A stretch of DNA of 64,000 nt, taken from NCBI GenBank assembly GCA_029288725.1, contig JARIGS010000015.1, positions 3,518 to 67,517 on the forward strand, in the 5' to 3' direction. The stretch is from Candidatus Nomurabacteria bacterium. GTDB lineage: Bacteria; Patescibacteriota; Minisyncoccia; Phycocordibacterales; UBA9973. Positions 8,767-17,248 of this stretch are shown here, in pieces (within the stretch, counting starts at the first letter, position 1; the number at the start of each line of letters is the position of its first letter). The notes under the pieces were generated by a model. The model had not been told where the DNA came from. It ran no database searches and worked only from the letters and a program-made list of their open reading frames with translations. Made by a program: the position numbers and the translations under genes.

Positions 8767-11418
8767 TTAGTATATCACAATGTTAATAATGCGCTTGGGG
8801 ACAACTATGATTTTTTTGACGGTCATGCCCTCTAAATATTCCTGAATGCGTGGCAATGCTAGGGCAGCAGCTTCAACAGTTTCATTTGAGGCATCTGCCG
8901 CCACTGTCACTTCCCCGCGAACCTTCCCATTGATCTGCACACCAAGAGTCACCTCATCATCGATGATAAGTTTCGGATCATACTTCGGCCATCCAGAAAG
9001 ATGAATACTGGTATTACCCGTCCATAATTCTTCAGTAACATGCGGTGCAAATGGCGCAAGCAATTGGAGGAATATCTTGAAGTCATTCGCACTCACTGAG
9101 GTTTTCTCGAATTCATTGAGACAAATCATCAATGATGACACGGCGGTATTGAAGGAGAAGCTCTGGATATCTTCGGTAACTTTTTTGATGGTCTTATGTA
9201 GTATCTTTGCACCTTTTTGGTGAGAAGCAGCTTTCTCATCAGCAATCTTTTGTGACAGTCGCCACACTCGCTCAATAAATCTGCGGCTACCGATAATGCC
9301 TTCGGTGCTCCATGGCAAGTGTGCCTCAAATGGACCGAGGAACATTTCAAAGAGACGCAATGAGTCAGCCCCGTAGAGCTTCACTACTTCATCAGGGTTG
9401 ATGACATTGCCCCAGCGCTTGGACATCTTGCGGCCGTCCGCTCCGCCAATCAATCCCTGATTGCGCAATGCCTTAAACGGTTCCTTGGTTGGAACATATT
9501 CCATATCATATAAAAATTTGTGCCAGAAGCGACTGTACAAGAGGTGCCCAGTAGCATGTTCTGCCCCGCCGACATACATGTCGACATCGCGCCAATAGTC
9601 CACTGCCTTTTCGCTGGCAAATGCCTTAGCATTGGTAGGATCCATATAGCGCAGGAAGTACCATGACGATCCAGCCCAACCAGGCATGGTATTGGTCTCA
9701 TACCCTTCCTTGACCCAGCTCTTCACGCCGGCCAATGGTGACTCGCCATTGCCTGACGGCTCATATGACTTCACATTCGGCAGAGTTAATGGCAATGCTT
9801 TCTCCTTCAATGGCACGATCAGTCCATTGACCTCATGCCGCAACGGAATCGGTTCACCCCAGTAACGCTGACGGGCAAAGATAGCGTCGCGCATTTTGTA
9901 CTTCGTAACAATCTTGCCTTTAACGAAAGTGGTAATGGCTTTTTTTGCAGCAGCAGAATTCATGCCATTAAATTCGCCTGAGTGTACCAATGTTCCATAC
10001 GCTGTAGTGTGTTCATTATTGTCCGTTGCCTTCACTACTGTCCTGATCGGCAAATTGTATTTCTTTGCAAAGGCAAAGTCGCGCTCGTCATGTGCCGGCA
10101 CTGCCATCACTGCACCAGTACCATATGAAGCAAGAACATAGTCGGCAATCCAGACCGGCACTTCCTCGCCGTTAGCAGGATTGACTGCAACAATGCCTTC
10201 AAGCTGGATACCTGTTTTTCCTTGCGTTGCCGAAGCCTTGGCGGAGGCTGGGTCCGATTCCATAGTGCGTTCCTGTTCAGTTTTCTGGGCCACGCTTTTA
10301 ATGTACGTTTCAACCACAGACCAATTAGTAATCACATGCTTAAGATCTTGCACAAGCTGATGCTCAGGAGCGATAACGACATACGTTACGCCAAATAACG
10401 TGTCGGCACGCGTGGTGAAGACATTGAACGATCCGAGTTCCGGCACAGGATTTCCTGCCTTTGCCTGCAGGGTAAACTCTATCTCTGATCCCTCACTCTG
10501 CCCTATCCAGTTCTTCTGAATCTCTTTGATATTAGCCGGCCAGTCCAATGGCTCAAGATCCTTAAGCAAGCGATTAGCATAGGCGGTGATACGCATGAAC
10601 CACTGGCGCATTGCTTTCTTGATAACTGGATAGCCCCCACGTTCAGAGACGGGACCGTTTGGACCGTCGACAATTTCGTCATTCGCAAGCACTGTCCCCA
10701 TTTCCTCGCACCAGTTCACTTCGGCAAAGCCTTCATAGGCCAATCGGTAATGCATCAAAATATTTTGCTGATCAAGGGCAGTGAAACTGTTCCATTCCTT
10801 GGCAGAGAATAATGGCACGGTACCGTCAGTAACTGCAGCAACACTTTTGTTGCCACTTTTTTCAAACATTACAATCAGTTCCTTGATATCGCGAGCCTTG
10901 TTCTTTTTGGTGTCATACCACGCATCATAGAGCTTCAAAAAAATCCATTGCGTCCACTTGTAGTATTCAGGTCGATGCGTTGCCACTTCCCGACCCCAGT
11001 CGTATGAAAAGCCGATAATTTCCAATTGCTTTTTGTACTGTGCAACAAGCTTGTCGGTAAATGGTCCTGGATGCTTTTTAGTTTGGATTGCGTATTGCTC
11101 TGCCGGCAAGCCAAATGAGTCGAAGCCCATCGGGTGAAGGACATTAAACCCAGCCATACGCTGCATGCGGGCATAGACATCGCTACCGATATAGCCACGA
11201 GGATGACCAACATGAAGTCCTGCCCCAGAAGGATACGGGAACATGTCCAGTACATACATCTTTTTTCGGCGAAGCCGCCCTGAGCCTGTCGAAGGGTTTT
11301 CCGTCTGATACGTTTTGTTAGCCTCCCAGGCTTTCTGCCACTTTTTCTCAATCTTTATATGATCATAGGGCGCAACAAGCTTCCTTTGGCGCGCCGTAGC
11401 TTTAGCAGAGGTCGGCAT
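8767..11418 (-). CDS. leuS: Leucine--tRNA ligase
   Basis: MFPYPSGAGLHVGH, KMSKR, VFTTRADT, YGTGAVMAVPAHD; first ATG at 11418. Confidence 0.98.
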   Translation of the reverse strand: MPTSAKATARQRKLVAPYDHIKIEKKWQKAWEANKTYQTENPSTGSGRLRRKKMYVLDMFPYPSGAGLHVGHPRGYIGSDVYARMQRMAGFNVLHPMGFDSFGLPAEQYAIQTKKHPGPFTDKLVAQYKKQLEIIGFSYDWGREVATHRPEYYKWTQWIFLKLYDAWYDTKKNKARDIKELIVMFEKSGNKSVAAVTDGTVPLFSAKEWNSFTALDQQNILMHYRLAYEGFAEVNWCEEMGTVLANDEIVDGPNGPVSERGGYPVIKKAMRQWFMRITAYANRLLKDLEPLDWPANIKEIQKNWIGQSEGSEIEFTLQAKAGNPVPELGSFNVFTTRADTLFGVTYVVIAPEHQLVQDLKHVITNWSVVETYIKSVAQKTEQERTMESDPASAKASATQGKTGIQLEGIVAVNPANGEEVPVWIADYVLASYGTGAVMAVPAHDERDFAFAKKYNLPIRTVVKATDNNEHTTAYGTLVHSGEFNGMNSAAAKKAITTFVKGKIVTKYKMRDAIFARQRYWGEPIPLRHEVNGLIVPLKEKALPLTLPNVKSYEPSGNGESPLAGVKSWVKEGYETNTMPGWAGSSWYFLRYMDPTNAKAFASEKAVDYWRDVDMYVGGAEHATGHLLYSRFWHKFLYDMEYVPTKEPFKALRNQGLIGGADGRKMSKRWGNVINPDEVVKLYGADSLRLFEMFLGPFEAHLPWSTEGIIGSRRFIERVWRLSQKIADEKAASHQKGAKILHKTIKKVTEDIQSFSFNTAVSSLMICLNEFEKTSVSANDFKIFLQLLAPFAPHVTEELWTGNTSIHLSGWPKYDPKLIIDDEVTLGVQINGKVRGEVTVAADASNETVEAAALALPRIQEYLEGMTVKKIIVVPKRIINIVIY
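10228..10248. repeat. Family B palindromic element in frame in leuS editing domain (ASAKASA)
   Basis: tgccgaagccttggcggaggc. Confidence 0.7.
11277..11296. repeat. Family A palindromic element in frame in leuS (NPSTGSG)
   Basis: gccctgagcctgtcgaaggg, with adjacent mini-hairpin cggcgaagccg. Confidence 0.75.
11392..11411. repeat. Family B palindromic element at leuS N-terminus (TSAKATA)
   Basis: cgccgtagctttagcagagg; 19/20 match to the copy in rpoD. Confidence 0.75.
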
Positions 11419-11444
11419 ATATAAGCATTTTTCCACAAAAAGCC

Positions 11445-11987
11445 TTATTCCGCAAACTTTTTAACAGCAGTCCATATCAGTGCTCCCAATGCAACAGCCA
11501 AAATAATAACTTTTAGCAGATTGTTGGCATCAGACCAATACCGTAGTGATGCGATGAATAGTGACAACACTCCGCCCCAGGCAAATGCCAGTGACAGTAC
11601 TTCATGCGCCACAAGTGAACCGGCAATGAGACTAAGAACACCGAGTATGACCAATGCGATAAAGATTGTGCGGTCATACTGCTTTTCTGCAGCATTGAAT
11701 TGCTGCTGTTTGGTGAAGTCAGGATTGCAGTATCCAGTTTGTGTCTTGCTGGTCGTAGAAGTGGGTGGCGCCACTTGCGTAATCCATTGTCCACCTGCCG
11801 TTATACAATCCTGCTGCGTAGTAATTTCTGGTACTACCTGTGTTTGAGGAAAGTACTCATTATAGTCTGGTGCTTTGTAGACCAATGACAATGCATAATT
11901 AAAAAATAAGTTAAGCACAATCACGATACCGATCACTACTGACCATTTCATAATGCTTGGTGTATTTTTTACAGTGTGGTGTTCCAT
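11445..11987 (-). CDS. Hypothetical membrane protein with exported Cys-containing loop
   Basis: N-terminal TM, C..AGGQW..GYC loop, three C-terminal TMs; TATACT 6 nt upstream of ATG 11987. Confidence 0.75.
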   Translation of the reverse strand: MEHHTVKNTPSIMKWSVVIGIVIVLNLFFNYALSLVYKAPDYNEYFPQTQVVPEITTQQDCITAGGQWITQVAPPTSTTSKTQTGYCNPDFTKQQQFNAAEKQYDRTIFIALVILGVLSLIAGSLVAHEVLSLAFAWGGVLSLFIASLRYWSDANNLLKVIILAVALGALIWTAVKKFAE

Positions 11988-12011
11988 GTGTAGAGTATAC
12001 AAAAAAGCCGC

Positions 12012-12569
12012 TCATTGAGCGACTTTTACACCAGCAACAATTGCGTCCTTTAGGGTATCGTATGAAACAAATCCTGGGCCAATAAGGTCTTGAAAGTCCA
12101 GAAGGATCAGTTCCAGCCCAGAAAAGCCACGCTCACCACCAAACACCATGCGGACTTTTTCTTGACGATATTTGAGTGCCGCACGCCACTCTCCCACCTC
12201 ACCATAGGTATCACGTCCGTACGGCCCAGTCTCTGGTGGTCGAGGATCTGTTTTACTTTCCTCGGGAAGCCAGAAAATGATGCACCCTTGTCGCGAAGCA
12301 ATGTTAAGATAGTATCGCTCCCATATTTTTTGACGAGGAAATGGCTCACGCACATCCGGGTCATCAGCAACTGCATATTTAAAAAGTGGATGATTGTAAT
12401 CCCATCGACAAGGGCACGCTATGAAGACATCGGGCAGGCGTTCTGCAATCATACGAATGGCTTGTACTTGCCAATTGCCTCCTCCTCTGATTGGACCAGC
12501 TAAGAAAAAGACTTTTTTGTTACGAACATCCACTCGGGTTTTCGGAAGGATAAGGTTAATTTTTGTCAT
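12012..12569 (-). CDS. Nucleoside 2-deoxyribosyltransferase-like protein
   Basis: VFFLAGPI..NWQ, WE..YL, IIFWLP, TYGEVG pattern. Confidence 0.7.
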   Translation of the reverse strand: MTKINLILPKTRVDVRNKKVFFLAGPIRGGGNWQVQAIRMIAERLPDVFIACPCRWDYNHPLFKYAVADDPDVREPFPRQKIWERYYLNIASRQGCIIFWLPEESKTDPRPPETGPYGRDTYGEVGEWRAALKYRQEKVRMVFGGERGFSGLELILLDFQDLIGPGFVSYDTLKDAIVAGVKVAQ

Positions 12570-12592
12570 GATATGTAATTGTATTTTTCCTC

Positions 12593-12636
12593 ACTCTACC
12601 AGGTATATTGACATAGTCAATATACGGGAGTAGGAT
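12593..12636. promoter_or_regulatory. Overlapping divergent sigma70 promoters on a palindrome
   Basis: gtatattgac-ata-gtcaatatac; plus strand TTGACA-17-TAGGAT, minus strand TTGACT-16-TAGAGT. Confidence 0.55.
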
Positions 12637-12655
12637 TTTAAAAAACCAATGAGTT

Positions 12656-12910
12656 ATGAATAAACCTAACCTATTCAAGCAGTCTCTTGTTCCAATTAGC
12701 CCTAAACACCGCATTTGGAAAATAATCATTTCTTTATCCGCGCTATTCCCGATGTATCACGGCAAAACCTTACTATTAGATGAAGAAAAAGGTACCGTAT
12801 ACATGGTTGGCAGTGATGATCAGCCATTCGACGTCGGGCATTATGATGCAGCGAAAGAAGATTACTGTCCGTGGAGTTTTAAAAACCCTGAGTGTTTAAA
12901 ATCCATCTGA
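12656..12910 (+). CDS. Hypothetical protein (orphan)
   Basis: 84-aa ORF between a promoter and a terminator. Confidence 0.55.
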   Translation: MNKPNLFKQSLVPISPKHRIWKIIISLSALFPMYHGKTLLLDEEKGTVYMVGSDDQPFDVGHYDAAKEDYCPWSFKNPECLKSI

Positions 12911-12947
12911 AAAAATGCCTTACCCATTTTAAAGGGTAAGGCATTTT
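12911..12947. terminator. Bidirectional intrinsic terminator
   Basis: aaaaatgccttaccc..gggtaaggcatttt. Confidence 0.8.
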
Positions 12948-12957
12948 AATTTTCCAT

Positions 12958-13914
12958 TTATTTTTTCGCTACAATTGACTTCACGAATTCCTGAAGACTT
13001 GCACCAACTGCTTCAAGGGCAATGAGAAACGGTGCTTGGTTGGTGAGATGCGGATGAGTATCGAGTTCGATGAACCAGGGCTTGCCCCGTTGATCGACGA
13101 TGAATTCACTTTGCGAGTAATCCTTTGCACCGAAATGGGTATGCAACTTTTTTGCCAATTCAGAAAGCATCTCACGCTCGCTCGTACTGAAACCGCCATG
13201 GAGACGCGCATACTGTTCTTCACCAGCACGGATATCATGATGCAATATGCCACGTGATGGTGACTGTACCTCAACCACGGGTAAGGCGTACGGCGACTGC
13301 TGACGAAAATCATCGATCACGCCAACGGCCGCTTCCTTACCGTAAATATACTGTTCAGCAATGAACGGTTCGGCATTTGCAATACATTCATCAACAAATT
13401 GCGACAGTTCAAGTGGCGTGAACGCAAAATACGTGCGGACTGATCCCCCGCCCGACAATGGCTTCAATACCCACGGTGGTGCCATGGTCTTATAGATACG
13501 CTGAGTTACTTCAGACACCGATTCATTTCCTTCCGGTAAAATCAGCACTGATGGTGGCGTATCGATACCAAGTGCCTTAGCTTCCTCCTTGGCCCGCTGC
13601 TTATTGAATGCCAATTCCGCAACATCGGCTGATGAGCCAGTGTACGGAATGCCGTGCTGTTCAAAAAGTGACTGCATTTGTCCATCTTCACCAAACGCTC
13701 CATGAAGTGCGTTCCAGACAAGATCAACATGTTGCTTTGCAGTTTCGAGATCAGTCGGTACTCCTCTGACATGGAGCACACCGTCCTTGTCCAAAAGCAT
13801 GTCTACCGCTTCCAATCCCGCATCATGAAGCGCGCGTTGGACATTGGCACCCGTCTTGAGCGAGATACTATATTCAGGACTAACCCCTCCGCGGAGAATA
13901 CCGACACGTTGCAT
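12958..13914 (-). CDS. ddl: D-alanine--D-alanine ligase family ATP-grasp protein (degenerate active site)
   Basis: LRGGVSPEYSISLKTG, ALHGAFGEDG, IPYTGS, VLKP; C-terminal catalytic motifs altered. Confidence 0.8.
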   Translation of the reverse strand: MQRVGILRGGVSPEYSISLKTGANVQRALHDAGLEAVDMLLDKDGVLHVRGVPTDLETAKQHVDLVWNALHGAFGEDGQMQSLFEQHGIPYTGSSADVAELAFNKQRAKEEAKALGIDTPPSVLILPEGNESVSEVTQRIYKTMAPPWVLKPLSGGGSVRTYFAFTPLELSQFVDECIANAEPFIAEQYIYGKEAAVGVIDDFRQQSPYALPVVEVQSPSRGILHHDIRAGEEQYARLHGGFSTSEREMLSELAKKLHTHFGAKDYSQSEFIVDQRGKPWFIELDTHPHLTNQAPFLIALEAVGASLQEFVKSIVAKK

Positions 13915-13978
13915 GACTGTAGTATATCAAATTAAATAATCTTATGTGGTTTTCGCTATAACGTGCATCTCAAGAATG

Positions 13979-15226
13979 TTAAAACATACTTTTTTTACGA
14001 CGGTCTTTGTGGAAGGTAATGGCAAAACGATGAGCTTCGCTATTGGCAAGAAGAATGGCGAACTTTTGGGATTCAATCAGTTCCTGTGGACCAGTAATTG
14101 CTTTCGGCCGGTGACGCTCATCCTTGGTCACGGCAATGACCGGAATGTCCAACTGCAATTCCTTGAGTACCGCCTGGGCAACATTGCTTTGAATGGTGTT
14201 TCCATCAACCACGATTGCCGAAGGATACGCCCATTCAGTATGGGCCAAGCGACGAACAAGCACCTCCCGCAGTGCGCCCGCATCGTTTGCCGTATCAAAC
14301 CCCCTGATGATGAATTTACGATACTCATTTTTATTCGGTGTGGAATTTTCAATCACCGTCATCACGCCAACCATCTGCTTACCGGACAAGTGGGCAATGT
14401 CATATGCCTCCAGCCTGAAGACATTATCTACTGACGGGCGTTCAAGATCGCGCTTGATCAGTGACACATCCTGAATGTGTTCCAACGCAAAGACCTTTTG
14501 CTTCAATACTTCCGCTTCTTCAAATTTTTCCTCTTTTGCTGCCACTACCATTTCTTTCTTAAGGCCCTTAATCAAGGACTGCATTTTCCCCTGGAGGATC
14601 ATTTTGATACGACCGACATTCTGACGATATTGCTTTGCCGCTTCATTATTGGAAACGTCAGGGGCAAGTGCAATTTGTCGATAAAATACCTCCTTGTCCT
14701 TTTGAGCACTTGCCCGATCACGAAATGGAAAAATCCTTCTGATGATTTTTAAGGCTTCACGAATGGCCGGACCGTTGGGATACGGACCAAACACCGCATC
14801 GTATTTTGTATTGACCAAGCCCAAGCGTGGCAATGTTACGGTCTTATTGCGCACATCCAAATCCTTTTGACGAACCAAGATAATGCGCGGATAGTCCTCC
14901 TTGGTGATGACGACACTATTGAAACTCTTATCGTCCTTTTCCTTGGTGTTGTAGTACGGCTTGTATTTCTTGATGAGATTCGCTTCCAAAATCAATGCTT
15001 CAAGCACGGTTGGCGTCGTCTCATAGGTTACCGTCACCGCCTTAAAGACCATGTCGACGATATGTGCCCCGCGAGTCTTGATAATATCGGGCGCAAAATA
15101 CGAACGCACGCGATCCCGCAGTGACGTGGCCTTGCCAATATACAAGATAACGCCATCAGCGTCCCTCCAAAAGTACACTCCTGGCTCGGCAGGAAGTGCC
15201 AACTTGTCCAACTCTTGACGAATCAT
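13979..15226 (-). CDS. uvrC: Excinuclease ABC subunit C, short form without C-terminal HhH
   Basis: LPAEPGVY..LYIGKATSLRDRVRSYF, UVR domain, EAYDIAH, VDG, SEAHRFAITFH. Confidence 0.92.
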   Translation of the reverse strand: MIRQELDKLALPAEPGVYFWRDADGVILYIGKATSLRDRVRSYFAPDIIKTRGAHIVDMVFKAVTVTYETTPTVLEALILEANLIKKYKPYYNTKEKDDKSFNSVVITKEDYPRIILVRQKDLDVRNKTVTLPRLGLVNTKYDAVFGPYPNGPAIREALKIIRRIFPFRDRASAQKDKEVFYRQIALAPDVSNNEAAKQYRQNVGRIKMILQGKMQSLIKGLKKEMVVAAKEEKFEEAEVLKQKVFALEHIQDVSLIKRDLERPSVDNVFRLEAYDIAHLSGKQMVGVMTVIENSTPNKNEYRKFIIRGFDTANDAGALREVLVRRLAHTEWAYPSAIVVDGNTIQSNVAQAVLKELQLDIPVIAVTKDERHRPKAITGPQELIESQKFAILLANSEAHRFAITFHKDRRKKSMF

Positions 15227-15252
15227 AATAGAGTTGGATTATAGCATATTTT

Positions 15253-16119
15253 TTACTTATTCATGTCTTGGAATCCTGTATCGATCGTTGGAGATTTGTC
15301 AGTATTGATAACATATGCAACATCTTTCCCTTGAACGTTTCCTTTCATAATCATATCGCGTGAAAATGTCATAAATGCATGAGGAAACTTCCGTAGCGTA
15401 TTCGGCCCTGCAATCTGATCATTTGCCGATAGGTGTTGCATAAAATTTTCTGGAGTGCCTCCATCCGCGATTTCGTATCGCTCTGTATCGGTAGGACGGC
15501 TATGTTTAACTTTCTCCAATACCCATTTTCTATATTCAATAAACTGCTGCTGTATCTGCGCCACCTTGGCCACACTAAGAGGTGTACCGGGGTGATGGGC
15601 AATATATTCATTCAGCATTTTGTCGGCGAATGATTTGGTTTTCATTCTTTCGTCTTTATCCAGGCCATGACTAATCGCATAGTCAACGTATCCTTCCCAG
15701 GCATCCATTTCTTCCTGACTAAGTTGGTGAAATTCCTTGGGAGCCTCAGCTGTTACCTCTTTCTTTACCTCAGGATTATTAATATGTTTCGCCTGCTGAC
15801 TCATTGCCTCTTTTGCAGGCAAAAGGCCTACTGCACTGATACCAATAGCGCGTAACAAATTTTTCCATCGTGAATGATGTTTTGGTTTTTCTTCTCTGTG
15901 AGCAACAAAAGCATTGCCTGAGGGTGCTTTTTCTAATTCAGGTTCTGGAGCATTAGCTAATGCGGCTTTTAGTGTTTCTATATTTGCAGTGTCGGAATTG
16001 ATTTCTTCTTGGTACTTATTGGCTTGCTGTTCTTCAGAATGTTCCTGATTTTTTCTCTCACTCTCATAAAGAGCTGATGCTTCCGCGGGCTGTTCATTGT
16101 TGGTGGGTATATTCTCCAT
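15253..16119 (-). CDS. Hypothetical protein with internal hydrophobic anchor
   Basis: 288-aa ORF; acidic N-terminus then WKNLLRAIGISAVGLL; TATACT 8 nt upstream. Confidence 0.7.
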   Translation of the reverse strand: MENIPTNNEQPAEASALYESERKNQEHSEEQQANKYQEEINSDTANIETLKAALANAPEPELEKAPSGNAFVAHREEKPKHHSRWKNLLRAIGISAVGLLPAKEAMSQQAKHINNPEVKKEVTAEAPKEFHQLSQEEMDAWEGYVDYAISHGLDKDERMKTKSFADKMLNEYIAHHPGTPLSVAKVAQIQQQFIEYRKWVLEKVKHSRPTDTERYEIADGGTPENFMQHLSANDQIAGPNTLRKFPHAFMTFSRDMIMKGNVQGKDVAYVINTDKSPTIDTGFQDMNK

Positions 16120-16151
16120 ATGTCAGTAGTATACCAAATCTCCAATGTTAT

Positions 16152-17147
16152 CTATACTACCCTTTTGATTTCAGCAATAATTTCCTGCCATACTTCCTCT
16201 CCGGTCTTGTCGTGGGCAAAAATGGCATCCTCGGCATTGAGAAAATACTGTTCAGCCTCATGCTCGGCAAATGGTAACACGCCAGAATCTCGAAGCAACT
16301 TCATCAATTTCTGCTCGTCTTCTTCTGACCAATCATTGCCAAAATAGGTCTTTTCAAATGTTTCCTTATAAGATGCCTCGGCAACGTGCTGCAAATACCA
16401 CGTGAGCAATGTCTGCTGTCCGTCGGCAATATCGCTGCTCAAATCAGCAATGTCATCACGAAGTTGGAATGCCATGCCAAGATTGACGGCATAGTCCTCG
16501 GCAAATTCCTTAAGCTCCTCATCGGCACCAGCCAGAAGCATGCCAATGTAGAGCGGGTGAAAAAATGAATAGCGCGCACTTTTTAAGATCATGCTTTTCT
16601 CAATCATGTCCTTTGATCGATCCTTTTCCATCACCGAAAGCACGTCGAGCATCTGACCATGAATAACTTCCGATAATGCTATACGAAATTGCTGACTGGC
16701 TTCGTCTATAGTATAGGGCTCAATCATATCCACCGACTCAAGGCATTCATATGCCCAGGCCAAGAGCAGGTCACCAAGCAAAATCGCAATGGCCCTCCCT
16801 ACTTCCGCATCATGATAGGTTGTTTCAATATGGCGATGCACTGTTAAGGTGCCATGACGGACCGCTTCGTTATCCATGATATCGTCATGGACAAGACAAA
16901 ATAAGTGAAGCAATTCAATTGCCGCATACAAAGGAAAGACCGCTTCCTCACCGCCCTCAACGGTATAGCCAATGTAGGCCATATACGGACGAAAGCGCTT
17001 GCCACCCTGGGCAAATGTAGCGAGATACGACACGATCTTTCGCACCGAATCGCTGTCACTGTGCTGGGCAAAACCACCAATTTTTATTTCCAGTAATGAA
17101 TAAAACTGCTCATCGAACCACTGTTTGAATTCCTTTATTGTCATCAT
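16152..17147 (-). CDS. Polyprenyl synthetase (trans-isoprenyl diphosphate synthase family)
   Basis: GGKRFRP, LVHDDIMD, GQMLD, AFQLRDDIAD. Confidence 0.9.
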   Translation of the reverse strand: MMTIKEFKQWFDEQFYSLLEIKIGGFAQHSDSDSVRKIVSYLATFAQGGKRFRPYMAYIGYTVEGGEEAVFPLYAAIELLHLFCLVHDDIMDNEAVRHGTLTVHRHIETTYHDAEVGRAIAILLGDLLLAWAYECLESVDMIEPYTIDEASQQFRIALSEVIHGQMLDVLSVMEKDRSKDMIEKSMILKSARYSFFHPLYIGMLLAGADEELKEFAEDYAVNLGMAFQLRDDIADLSSDIADGQQTLLTWYLQHVAEASYKETFEKTYFGNDWSEEDEQKLMKLLRDSGVLPFAEHEAEQYFLNAEDAIFAHDKTGEEVWQEIIAEIKRVV

Positions 17148-17218
17148 TCCCTCATCATAGAAAATGACCACTCAAGAATATCTGAAGAAAGTACCAAGAA
17201 AAAATAAAAAGGGAAAAT

Positions 17219-17247
17219 AAAAACGAGGAGCTCAGCTCCTCGTTTTT
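17219..17247. terminator. Intrinsic terminator after uvrA
   Basis: aaaaacgaggagct-c-agctcctcgttttt. Confidence 0.75.
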
Positions 17248-17248
17248 A

